64,000 nucleotides of DNA from Phoronis australis (Eukaryota; Animalia; Phoronida). This document shows positions 51,627-64,000 of the stretch, in pieces. The DNA is taken from contig NMRA01000175.1 in NCBI GenBank assembly GCA_002633005.1, positions 594,734-658,733 on the forward strand. The letters run 5' to 3'. The stretch's first letter is position 1. The number at the start of each line of letters is the position of its first letter. The translations under genes were made by a program, and so were the position numbers. The notes under the pieces were generated by a model that saw only the letters and a program-made list of their open reading frames with translations, was not told where the DNA came from and searched no databases.

Positions 51627-54600
51627 CTAATGTGTCTTGATAAGAAGTAATTGCATGAGTTTTCTAACTTCGTGCTTTTTCATTTCACTTTGACAAGTTG
51701 CCTCCTCCTCGTTGCAACAAATTCAGTGCCTAGTTTTCTCCTGAGATGAGTGTTGCTCACTATAGTTGGGAATGCTCAGCCTTGGGTGGTATCAGAACTT
51801 CAGATTTTGAGCCTGACACCTCAGCAGGAGATGGTTAATATGCATCCCAGTTGTTCAATTTGGTTGTGGCTATCCACTGTTAAATTTAAAATTCATGCAT
51901 TCACAGTGACGCGACTAATTGTTATTTTTGCATTCATCTAAAGGAAATGCATTTTAGCAACTTCGAAGTGAATGAAAAAATGTGTTCACCTATGAGAGAA
52001 GTTACATTAATTTTTAAAAGTGTGCTATATAACTGCTTTGTGGAGAAACTTGACATCCCAGATGTTTACTTTGTGTAATGGAATTAGGCTTAACTCAATG
52101 CAGCTCTTTTGGCCGCAGGAGAAAACTTGGCTGTGTGTTTGGTGTGAAGGGCTTTGCCATGACCTGTGATACAGCAATTTTGCCATGCATAAATGTGCAA
52201 CTGGTATTTTTCTTATCCATGAATAGTGATTTGAAAGTCCCTGTGGAAATAATTCTGTATACATTTTCAGGCTGTTCTAAATCATGAAATTAGTCTGGAT
52301 GCATGAAGGAATAGAAAATTGGGCTTAGGACGAGGATGAAAAATTTGTTAGTAAATCGTGAAGTCAATAATTTTACAATTTAGATAAAACTGTTTTGCGA
52401 CCTCCCTTCACTTCCCCCCACATAGCCATCTTGTTCTTATATTGTGTTGCTTTTAGATTTTTCCCTTTTTGGTAGTATAGTACGAGAACATTCCACATTT
52501 CATATGTCTAATATATTTTGGAAAACTTTACATTTTTATAAATTTGGTTACTCTTGATGGATGTATATACAGATCTGCTTTTTTCAGTTGGACTGCTGAA
52601 ACAGTTTGAGTTTGTTGAGATTTATTTGTGATAAACAGTTGTGTAGTACTACTCTTAAGTTGGGTAGAAGTACAGTGAAACTGGTATTATATGTCGGGTC
52701 CAATGGATCAAGATTTTGTCTGGTGAGTCAAGTGAACTGTCTAGAAGTAACTGTACTATTGGGACTGAGTTAATAGAAGATCTGACTTTAGTGTGTTGGA
52801 TTTTTTCCAGATTGACTTTTTTAAGTTGGCATTAATTACAAAAAGAAACTAAGATACTTTTTGTGATCACATTTGGTCGATTCAAAGTCCGGCTTTTTGC
52901 TTCAAACTTTAGGCTTTTAAAAAGCCTCATCAATAACAATAGCCAGTGGTGAAGTGCATAGTTTAGTATGAACCAAACAGTAAATTCCAGGAGTCGCTGG
53001 TGTAGCTGTGCTACTGTAAAATCTCACCACTTTAGAATGCCACATGGCAGAGAAGTGAAATTTTATTTATTTTTTTTTCATGAATGATAAGTAGCATATT
53101 AAGGCTTAAATGTCAGTTTTAACTTGCATACCACTGTTACCATCAAAACAATGTTTTAAGAATCTCAAGGCATTCAATGTTTGGAGCCTTTGAAAAAATT
53201 AAGTGCCAATTTTGGCAAAATTTTTGTCTGATATTGGTGAGATTACAGCATACTGCAGTTTCTGGTACTTCCGAACTTCATGGTCTTTCCTTTCACATGA
53301 CTGAGTAGAGTTGCCTACTTATTCTGCTCACAAAGTAATCTGTTCCTATTAATGTGGATGGCAGAATTATGTCTCTCACTTGGAGTAAGGTATTTCAGTA
53401 TTACTTCCATTTTTGTGCTATGCACATTAAGCTCTTGCTCATACGATTTTCTACTTTGTTTTGAAAAATGTTTGTGCTGTTTTTTTTAAAAATTTTTTCT
53501 TTTGCTTAATAAGATTAAGCTGCAGTGATGTTGTTAAGAGTTTTTTAAGAGTTTGGTTGAGATTTACATTTTTAACGCTTCTTAGCTGTGTTGTTGTTGA
53601 CACGTAATAATTAATTTCAAGTGGTATAGTGATATTTTTTGAAACTGTTTTTATCAGTTTGTAGTTAGCACACCAACTTAGGGGCATAATGTCATGGTCG
53701 TAGACATCCAGTACTGTGATGTCTATTGGTCATGGTGCTATAGTACCGGTAAAATACTGCAGATTCAGTGTGCATGCGTGTGAGTACAGAAGCCTTAGTT
53801 CTACTTTGAATTTTTATCCGTGGCTTGGTGCAGATGCTTCAAGCCATTTATAATATTCAAGCAAACCAGGCCTATTTCAAAGCGTGGGTGATTTTAGTAT
53901 TTAAGTACCACTGACTAGAATTGATTATAGATTTTGTGTCAAACAAAATAAATGATCAATGTATGAGTGTCTACTTTGTACCCTTTGTGTATTTGGTCCC
54001 TTTTTTGTTGTAGATAACCTATTTACTAGGCGCAAAAATGGTATAAATGATTGTTTTTGTAATTTTTGAGAATTGATTTTGTGATGAAATATTTCATGTT
54101 CATTTTTTCAGGATAAGTCACCCAGTATGAGTTGAAGTGGCATGGGATCCCCCCAAACTTCAGCAGTGCGGTTACAGTATTCTTGTCAAAGGGGGAGGGG
54201 GGTTGACCACGACATAAAACCACAGCTGCGTTGTTAAAAACAACCTTAATAGCTACGTTTGTATAGTTTTTTTTGAAAAGAGAACTTCACTGAGTGATGC
54301 AAGGAGGCTCTTTTTTTCTCTACAAACAGTGAGGCTCAGGTTTTGAAGTGAGCTGGATGTAGATTGCAGACCAAAACCAATCGTCCTATTTTCTTACCTT
54401 AACTTCATATCTTAATTACACCTAGTATTTGGCGTAACATTTGTGAAAAAGAAACAAAAAATACTTAAACCCACTGCAAAGTTGAAACTGGCATCTCTAT
54501 AAAGTGCCATAAAATGCCTCCATTCTCCACTTTCTCCCAACTGACAATCTATCAACTCATTTTGACAGCATACCAGTATTGAAGGCAAAATACGGTTACA

Positions 54601-56396
54601 TCAAAAACTGATAATTTGCACGTGTTGCTGAGGAGCATAACACATCATTGAACAGTCTGCTATGCTTTATTTACAAACCGTACATATATAACAAGATATA
54701 GAAAGATAGCTGCCCAGTAAACAATGAATTTTTCACCACAATTACATAATGAATGTCACAAATTCTTTAAACCTTTATTCACAGTTGGGAAGGAAAAATC
54801 TTGGCAACACGATTGTAACGCTAGGTTCACATACGAGACGAAACAAAAACAGTTTTTAAGTGCCGAAAATGCTAGCGTTTAAGCCACAAGGACTTGCTGT
54901 AATTTTCGGCAGAATGAAACTCATTTCCTTATCACCCAAATCTCTTTTTAAGTAAATCCTATGTTAAAGTATGCTCATTAATTGCAGTACTAAATTGATC
55001 AAAACAACAAACCTCTGTCACGTATACAAACTGAGTCCTCTAAAATGAGCAGGTGACCCTTGCAACAGTTCACAGTTCACAGGACATTTCGGAGGAGCAT
55101 CACTGACACTGAATTATGCGTATGATTTGATAGAGCTAGAACAAGCATTTCAATGTTATTGGCAGATGAGATATGTGAGTGTCTGCGTGCATCTGGCCAT
55201 AGCTCAATGTTAAAAACCACAAGCAAATACAATATAGAGTATTTAGTCGCCAATGAGCTGCTGTATTTAACGCAACTACTTGATCTTCCATGCTTCAAAG
55301 AACAGTCAAAACGTGATGAAAAACCTAAGGTGAAACATGCTGGTTGAAAACACTGGTTAGCAGACCAATTGTTAATGACTTGTTTTCATCGGATTTCTTC
55401 AAGGAAAAAATGACCCTGTTAGACCTATTCACGAGGGATTCAATTCCAGAGGCCAAACGGATTGAAAACTCACCAACTTCAGTCCCCGATGCTACAATTT
55501 TTTTAGCTGGCATTTCATTGGTATGCATTCATCGCCAATGCCATAACTGCTCTGCTCAATACCAAATGAACTTTCATCAGTGTTTGTGATAACGATAATT
55601 ACTGATGCTCTCAGTTCTTCTACAATTGACAAAGTACACAGTGCCATGATATGGGTTGTTTTTAATGAATTTGTAGAATGGTACCTTGTAAGCGAGCAAA
55701 CATTCTAAACCAAGTTTGTTGTTCATTTGACTACTCAACACAAGTGTTCTGACCTCTCATGACTTTTGTCATACACAAGAAACTTCCCACACGGGTGACC
55801 ATGGTAACACAATTAAGCAAGTAAAGAGAAAGTGAAAAAAGTGAAAACAAAACCAAAGCACTGTTGATTTTGAGGTATCCTATTGCTTGGACAAAGGCAA
55901 TTGTCAAATGAATTTTGTCTCCGTCACCACAAAGACAGCAATTTATCTTAATAACAAGTGTTTCTGGCAAAAAAGCTGTCAATGCTGACCAAATAGAACA
56001 ACGCTAGCTGACAATGACACTTCACCTTCACGATTTCTACTTTACATGTAGGTAGCAGCATGTGGTCTAGTGGACTTACCAATCACAACAACTGGGTTAT
56101 TGTATGACAATAAATAATCTCATTATAGGAAAATTACGGAACTTATGTAAAAAGATAGCACTGGGTGGCACTTTCAGCTCAATTTGCTGTGTCCTACTAT
56201 AATAACTGAAGTTGCACATAATTTACGAAGTTCTGAATTTTTACTGATTTTAGTAAAATTATTTTTATGTTTTTTCCCACTGCAAGACTGAATAGTCATC
56301 ATGTGGACATTTGTTGAGCTCCTTTCAAAAACCCAAGAGAAAATCTTAGTTGCTTTCCCTTCCTTATTTCTTGTGACAACACTTGATGTTTCATCA

Positions 56397-59300
56397 TTAG
56401 AAAAATGCCTGTAGTCCGGTGATAGCCCTGCCAAGAATTAGTGCATGAATGTCATGGGTTCCTGAAACACAGGATGAAAATATTTAAAATTTGTATTAAA
56501 AGCGTACACTCTAGACCAAGCATTCTGTTGGATAACACACACACAAGTAAGTGTTTTATGGCAGAAAGCCTTGTTCAAATACACGAGGAATACCTGACCT
56601 ATAACCAAATACTTTCCACTTAACAAATAAATTATTTGCGATTAAGGATTGCTTCTTAGGTTTTTAGCAAATTTAAAAAGCATAAGAAGTCTTAAAACAT
56701 TTTTATTACCAAGATCTTTTCAAGACAAGTTTTTTCAATGCTAAAATGTCTGAAACAATAAAAATTTAAACCACACCAAACCTTAACATGATTTATAAAT
56801 CTGTCTTCAACCTGACGGCAGTATAAAAACAGAAGCCCAGAGCTAGTAAATAAAAATTGACATACAATGTCATGCTTCCTACCTTCGTATGTATTGACAG
56901 CTTCTAGGTTCATGACATGACGAATAACGTGATACTCGTCTGATATTCCATTTCCTCCCAGCATATCTCTTGCCGTCCGTGCGATGTCTAGTGCCTTGCC
57001 ACAAGAGTTCCTCTTGAGCATACAAATCATCTCAGGACATTCCCTACAGGACAATTACGTGATGTAGTGAGGTAAGGAAAGCAAGACGGATAAATATGTT
57101 TAGTAAATAAGCCATTAAAAGCGCATTGAACATACTCTCTGTCAAAAATAGCCTATTTTTTATTCAATATAATAGATTCGGTACAGATCACACAATTACA
57201 CAATACAATAACTTTTTTGTTTAGTCAAGGATCAATTAAGGTCAACTTACAGACGTGCTGATATGTACAAGGTAATTTAACATTAAAAACAGATAGAGGA
57301 TATGATTCATTCATAATAAACAAAAAAAGGCCTTGCCAGCACTCTATAAATTCACCGTACTTCACTTTGTTTACATATATGTACCGTTCAGTGGAAATGT
57401 ACAATGCAACTTCCTTTTTAAAAAGTGCAAGGCAGGGATTTTTGCAGCTATTGGTTTAGACCACTAATAAGTGTAAAACTTATTTCGTTCCTTATTCAGA
57501 TTAAAAGTATTTAATGGGCTTTAGATGAACTGGCAGTTCGTTGCTGATTGAGATCATGCATGGCGCATAAAGCAACCACCAGGGTCAAACCAATCTGTTG
57601 AGCATAGTTCCACGCAACAGGGAACTGCTATAATTTCTTCTCAAGTCCAAAATTGTGTCTAATTTGAGTAAGAACAGGACAGTAGAGACCAGTTCCACAA
57701 CAGTAATTAAGAGTTTATCATAATAACTAAAAGTTAAAACTGGTAAATTAGTTTAATTTGTAGATAGAGGGTTCATGTTATATGTTTATGTTTGTATTAT
57801 ACTAAAGATGAAACGGTTTTGCATGTTGTCTGCAGTTAGATCACTAAAATCCTTGAAAGTAACCAGCGTAAGATCTTTTGTGACTACAGAGTCAGACAAT
57901 AGGTGGTCATTTTTGCACTTGCATCATGAGGAAATATTTCAAAACATTTGAGTATAAATCAAACAGCAAATGGTGGAAAGTAAAATTGAAACTGCTGTTA
58001 ACTTTAACATGCTTTAGACAAAATTTTGCTAATAAATCCTTCTGAAAAATATTGGAAAAAAAATTATTAAGTTTCAGGAGACATTCTCACTTACTTTCCT
58101 TCATCCTTCAGTCGTCCAAGCTGCAAACAGGCATTCAGTCCTATACTGATTTCAGTATTCATGTCTGCCATTTTCTTCTGAATCAGCTGGTTCTGAGCTA
58201 GAGGTCGGCCAAACTGGATTCTGGGAAACAAAGCGTCAAAAAGTTTTACAACACAGTGAATATAGATTGACCACGAACATTTCACACTTACCTATAGTGC
58301 CCTGACAGTAAAAAAGAAACAAATATCACGGTCTACAACAGGCTTAGAGCAATCCAACGAAAAATGCTACTATACCCGAGTTCCAAATTTCAGGATGAAT
58401 AGACGAGTATGCCTATTTTGAGCAATCTTAAATAAGATCAAACGAAAAATTCCTGAACACGTAAAAACGGAAAATAAAAAGAGCTGTCAACCTGCAAATT
58501 AGGATTCGAACACCAATCAAAAACTCAGAGAAGGCTATGTGGCCTAGTGTGATGGTGCCCGCCTTCTTTACCCAAAGTCATGGGTTCGAGTCCCACTGGA
58601 CCACACTGCTAGACCCTTGAGTCAGGTTTCTAGCTCCTCAGCTCGGTTTTAACTAAATATTATAAAGCACAAAAATATTTCCAGGTGATCAGTGCAACGG
58701 GCCCACATGCGCACGTCTGGCACAACGTGTACCAGACCGCCTGCAATTATTTATTTTTTATTAATCAAAAACTCAGCACTGACAACGGTATTTTTCAACT
58801 ACAGCCAGCTTAATATAAAGAGAGGAGCATATTGAACCTAAAGAAGCATAGACCAAAAGCTGAACTTATCATTGATACCAAACACATGTTTTAAGATGCT
58901 AAACCACTGGCTATGATAGACTCGCACTGACCTGTCTAGCGTATACTGCCTGGCTGCTTCAAAACAGAATTCTGCCGCTCCCAGTGCACCCCAGGAGATC
59001 CCATACCTAGCGCTATTGAGACATCCAAACGGGCCCTGAAATATGAACAAAAGTGCAGACCAAAAGAACAGCTGTTTGAAACTGATGTAATTTGTTAAAC
59101 TATTTAGCATGTGATATAGGCAGCATAAATGCTTCATGAATCAAGTTAAATTGACCTGTTCATAGAACGAATTGTCTACCAGCGATGCGACAAAAATTAC
59201 ATAACAAAAGAGAATGAACTTTTTGGATTTCAAAATTGAACCATAAACGGAAGAACCTTCATTCCGAGACCTTGGGCTCATAAAATGAAAAGTACAAAAA

Positions 59301-62300
59301 CATGAAAATAAATATACAGTAAGGTAAGCAAAAATGATCAACTCAGGGCTTGGAATGACAAATGGCGAAAGACGCGGAAATTTTTACGGCCCGGAACATG
59401 CGCGCAGCCAGCCTTGAAAAAGTTGGTGTGGACCTTTTGCCGACAAAAATCGAAAAAAAAACCCCCATACCACCTCCGGAAGCGTGCGTCTGCGTCTGTC
59501 TTAGCTCGTCTGCCACTCCCACATCCAAACATTTTTGGCTGCAGAGTACTAGTATTTGTCACCGCGGTTTAAAATCACACGAGCCACCATTGAGGAAATC
59601 CACCACGCTATCCCAGATGCCCCGGCAATGTTGACAATTTATGTTCCTCAGAAACATAAAGAGCAACTTCCGCTTTTCGAGGTGAAAGTCGTCGGCAACG
59701 CGGCGGTAAGAAAGAAATTTGCCGCGGTAATTTTATACCAAATCCGATTTTTTTACGTGGAAATATAATAAAATACGCGAACAGAACATTTGAAAAAAGC
59801 GGAAATCCGCGTTTCCGCAGAAAATTCCAAACCCTGTCAACTGTAGCAACAGCATCAACCTATGTGGTTGAGATGACATTACTACTAAATGCTTAAACAA
59901 CACTGCCAATCCTGTTTCAGCTATTCCATCATAGAAACACACCCCCAATCCAGTGGCATTAGGCAGTAGATTCTCTTCTGGTACTTCCACATCCTCCATT
60001 ACTATCATTCCTGTGATGCTGGCACGGAGAGAGAACTTGCCCTCAATTTTTGGAGCTGTCAGGCCTTTCATTCCCTTCTCTAGGATGAAACCTTTGATTT
60101 TCCCATCGTGGGCATCAGATTTGGCCCAGATAATAAACACGTCTGCAATCGGGGAGTTGGTAATCCTGAAATCAAAAATCAAATTTTTATTAATTTTAAC
60201 AAAACCCCATAGCAAAAATTCATATTAAAGGAGTGAACAAACTTAAAAATAAAAAACATAATGTAAATGCCAATATTTAATACTAAATGAAGTGAGATAT
60301 AACATTTTGCTACTCACCATGTTTTTGATCCATTTAGTACAAACACTTTCTTTGCCTCATCAAAAACGGCTTTGGTCTCCATTCCTCCAGGGTTACTCCC
60401 ATGGTTTGGCTCCGTCAGACCAAAACAACCAATTAAATCAGCTTTGGCTGAAAGAAACATACAAGCAGACTACCCTTGATTTACCTTTATTTACCTATGA
60501 ATTCCAATCATTGTTTAATGCTAAAAAGCGCAGGAGAAATATATTTCTACCAAGGCTTTGCACAGCACCAAAAATTGTGATTTCACATGGGTGTCTAAAT
60601 AAAAAACTAACATCAGGTGTCTAAAAATTATCTCAAATTTGACACTGCACCATATAAATTGAGGGTATTCTAGAACACTAAAAAAGTGCTTGAAGGGGTA
60701 AGATGTCCTTTTAACTTTTGGTAAAACTGAAACCGATATATAGTAACTTGAAAAAGTGATGCATGAATCAAAAACGCAGCCTCAACTCATTTTTCCCAAG
60801 CAGAATGTTTCATTGCAAATACCCCAATACACAGTATGAAGTATGATTAAAAAGACAGCACATCACTTGGTAAACCGGACTATTTCCAAAATAGTGTTGA
60901 CAAGTAGCGACAAGGAACTCATGTTTATCAATTGCTAAATGCATTTAAACACTTTTATCAACATGTGATCATCACTGTGAACTCTGTAATATTGGTCTTT
61001 AGTGCATCACCAAAGTCTTACAGAAAATTAGTAAGTAACACAATTCGCCCATTATTTTTTTAGATGACAATCAATAAAACCATCCCATGAATGTACAAAA
61101 CCAACAGCAAAAGAAATTTAATGATTGTATTCAATCAACAACATGAAAAAAAAAACAACTTTTTTTTAAAAACTGTTCACAATCAATGATTTGACAGAAG
61201 TCATTTGCGATGTTACGACATTGAAAATAGACAAACAATAACTAATTACCACACCTAGTTTTGCCAGATATTTGTCCTTTTGTTCTGTGGAGCCGTACAT
61301 GTAGATGGGATGCATGACCAGTGAGGACTGGACACTCATGGCCGATCTGTACCCACTGTCCACTCTGGAAAAAACAATAATGTGAGAATTTTATTGCCAT
61401 CAAATGAGCATTTGTAGTAAACAAAATCTTTACAAAAGGGTTTGTGTGTGTTTAAAATGAGACATTCAGTCACCAGGAGGCAGTCATTATGCCAAACATG
61501 GGCATGTAACAGTGTTAAAAAAGACAAACATTGGCATATTTCCAGAACAACTCAGTCACATGGGTGTTGCCCAAGATGTTGCATTGATGTTGACTCTGTC
61601 ACTTAACGTGGTGAAGAGTAAACAATATAAAATTCATTAGCCACAGGTGAAGAGACCGCGTGTACTTTGAGAGCTGAAATTCTCTTTAGATGAACGTTCA
61701 CAAAGAAGGGAGAAAAAGTCTTGACTGACACAAAAAATCGGGTATGAATGAATAACCAACAGGACCACTATGTAAATTTGGAAAATACTAGTCAGAAATG
61801 AGCATTGACTGTAATTTAAACAAAAAAATCTCATCTCATCCAAAGTTGGTGAAATTTCTGAGCAAAAACATCACCTTTTGCTCCTAAGTCTACCACAACT
61901 AAGTTGCTCTGATTTCTGTCACATTTTTTGTTAACTCTGAACAACAATGAACAACTTTTACGAGGTTCTTGCCAAATTTTCAAAAATTTCAGAAATAACA
62001 ACTCCTGCTACCAACACAGACCTCACTATCCTACCTCTCAATTTCCCGGGCGAGCAGTCCATACGCCACAGAGGAAACGCCCGCACAGCCGTACCCCTGA
62101 ATAGTTGGCCCCAACACGCCCAGATCACCCATCTCTTTCATTATTTCTTTGTGGAAGACTGGAAGACAATGAGACCACTCGCTGTTAAGATCTGACAATC
62201 TCAAATACATTCAGCATTTCATATTTATTCATCATGAGTTCACATACAGTGCTCACAAAATCGTCGATGAAAGCACCTCAACTCTATCTCATTTGACGAA

Positions 62301-64000
62301 AGTTACAAAGAACTATGTGAAAGAAATCAAACCAAAATAACTTTCAAAAATCCTCTGGAAACCAGACAACAATACTCAACAATCTGATTTCATATTTTTT
62401 CCCTGAAAACTATTCATGAATGAAGATGAGATTTAAATCATTTTAACTGTGCGACTTTAAATAGCACCAGATGAAATGATACAGGAAGTCTACATCTAAT
62501 GGTACATTCCAATGCCAGGATTTGAATTGTTTCTATCTTTCAGGTCCATTTCAGAAAGTACGCATAAGGAGTTAAGTTGGGGCAAAGCTTAAGAAAGTGT
62601 CAGTTTTTGATCTTCCAAGGCTTCATGGAAACTGCCACTACAAGATCTCATCTCACTTTCATGTCTATTGGCCTCTGTGACTCTTGTCATCAAGTTCTCT
62701 TGACAGTAATCCCTGAATTGGTCTCTAACCATCACCTCTTCATCAGTTAGACGACCTTCCAAATTCAGCGCATCCTTGTAGTCAAACGAGACTCCTTGAA
62801 AAATAACAAGTCACAGACATCACTACATTATCTCCACTGGATGGCATGCTGGTGATAAGATCAGTTTTTTAGTGTATCACGTTATGCTGGTGATAAGATC
62901 AGTTTTTAGTGGATCACGTTTAGGGTTGAGTAACACACTAACTCCCTGCTGCCAGTGACAGGATATTTGACTCAAAAAAAAATTGTGTGGTTTAAACGAC
63001 ATGTTTTTAGAATTTTGAAAACTGCATTTAAGAGCCATTTCCTAATTCCTGCTTGGGTCGATGTTTACCATGATGCTTGTCAGCCGCGAACTTGTCGCCC
63101 ATAGTTACATCACCAAAAACTATCAACTGGATACCAGTGCTTGTACATCTTTACTATCCCCAACAACAATTTAATAAACCAGGCAATTACAAATTAATGG
63201 GCCCATTACTCAGTGGATGAAACTACATGATTCTCTAAATCAGGGTCCACTATATCCAACCAGTGATGCCTGTGACCGGGGTATCACACTATCACAGACA
63301 TGGGCAAATTCGTCCTCAGAAAGAACTGTTAAACAAGACGTTAATACCTGTCAATTTGTTTATCAATAAGCTCACGAGACAACTAAGGGACAGAAACTCC
63401 GACAGGGATTATCCAACATGAATTGGAATTCCAGTGCATGAATTGGAGAACACTGGTGAATGGCATGGAAATGACTTGCCTGGAACTGTTGTGCGTGAAC
63501 TTGGAATCCAGCTTAATCTCAAGATTAAGCGGAAGTGAGTGTGAAAAGAATTTTTGTAATTATTGGCCTCGCGATCAACCAATTTCTCCTTTACCGTAAC
63601 TTGTGTCCCTGAACTAGAGGAATATGTGACTGGCTAAATCGATTATTGTTTGGACTTTGGTGAAACTGATCGCCCGTAGTTGAAAAGGTTAGTTAAAATT
63701 GACATTATTTTACTCAAATGTAACTTGATTTAGTGCAGTGCAAATTTTTATGAACATGAACGTGATTATTTGAGTGAACTTGTCAAGTTGCCTCGCGTAT
63801 TCCAAGTTCACGCAACACTCACTTCCGCTTAATCTTGAGATTAATTAAGCTGGATTCCAAGTTCATCACGTAGCCTACAGCAGAACTGCATGAACAAGAT
63901 TACCGTATTCTAAAAAGATGGTAAAAACACCAATAACAAACCAGAGCTCATGAGACGCGTCAGTTTCCGGGCCAATTTCAATGAGGTCGACAGAGGGCGA
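56397..64000 (-). CDS. GCDH: Glutaryl-CoA dehydrogenase, mitochondrial (5' partial)
   Basis: Exons (minus): >64000-63942 (presequence-like [19 protein letters not shown]), 62794-62657, 62158-62035, 61364-61255, 60447-60318, 60165-59943, 59035-58932, 58220-58095, 57043-56883, 56461-56397. Motifs: [76 protein letters not shown]. Confidence 0.96.
58535..58755 (+). mobile_element. tRNA-derived SINE in a GCDH intron
   Basis: A box TGGCCTAGTG and B box GGTTCGAGTCC are present. The body is shared with the inverted copy at ~28.1-28.3 kb, followed by an AT-rich tail. Confidence 0.65.
59344..59836. mobile_element. Non-autonomous TIR element (hAT-like CAGGG termini) with a 6-bp target-site duplication
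   Basis: TCAACT|CAGGGCTTGGAAT ... ATTCCAAACCCTG|TCAACT. Confidence 0.75.
63490..63870. mobile_element. MITE/foldback with ~50-bp terminal inverted repeats in a GCDH 5' intron
   Basis: TGAACTTGGAATCCAGCTTAATCTCAAGATTAAGCGGAAGTGAGTGT at ~63496-63542 is the reverse complement of ~63815-63865, apart from a 4-bp TTAA insertion. Confidence 0.7.

Noticed and set aside
52000-56300. Short ORFs between TMEM53 and GCDH
   Set aside because: They have no recognisable motifs or exon structure and are consistent with 3' UTR/intergenic sequence of convergent genes.

Overview
This is AT-rich, intron-rich eukaryotic DNA, most likely from an invertebrate bilaterian; the species cannot be determined from the window. 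Five spliced protein-coding genes were reconstructed by hand from GT/GC-AG junctions with consistent codon phase: (1) an unrecognised ~160-aa 4-exon gene (+, 7085-11412), (2) DNAJC16 (+, 13 exons, one GC-AG intron), (3) ARMH1/C1orf228 (-), (4) TMEM53 (+, head-to-head with ARMH1, as in human), and (5) GCDH (-, 5' end runs off the window). The non-coding space holds a truncated L1/Tx1-type LINE fragment, several TIR MITEs with target-site duplications, tRNA-derived SINEs, small tandem duplications and one assembly gap. Two structures stand out. First, several Helentron-type non-autonomous elements (HINEs) have central tandem arrays carrying a CTCF-like motif in every ~150-bp subunit. Second, a 524-bp miniature LTR element (TRIM) has a tRNA-like Pol III promoter inside each LTR. 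No prokaryotic features or CRISPR arrays were found.
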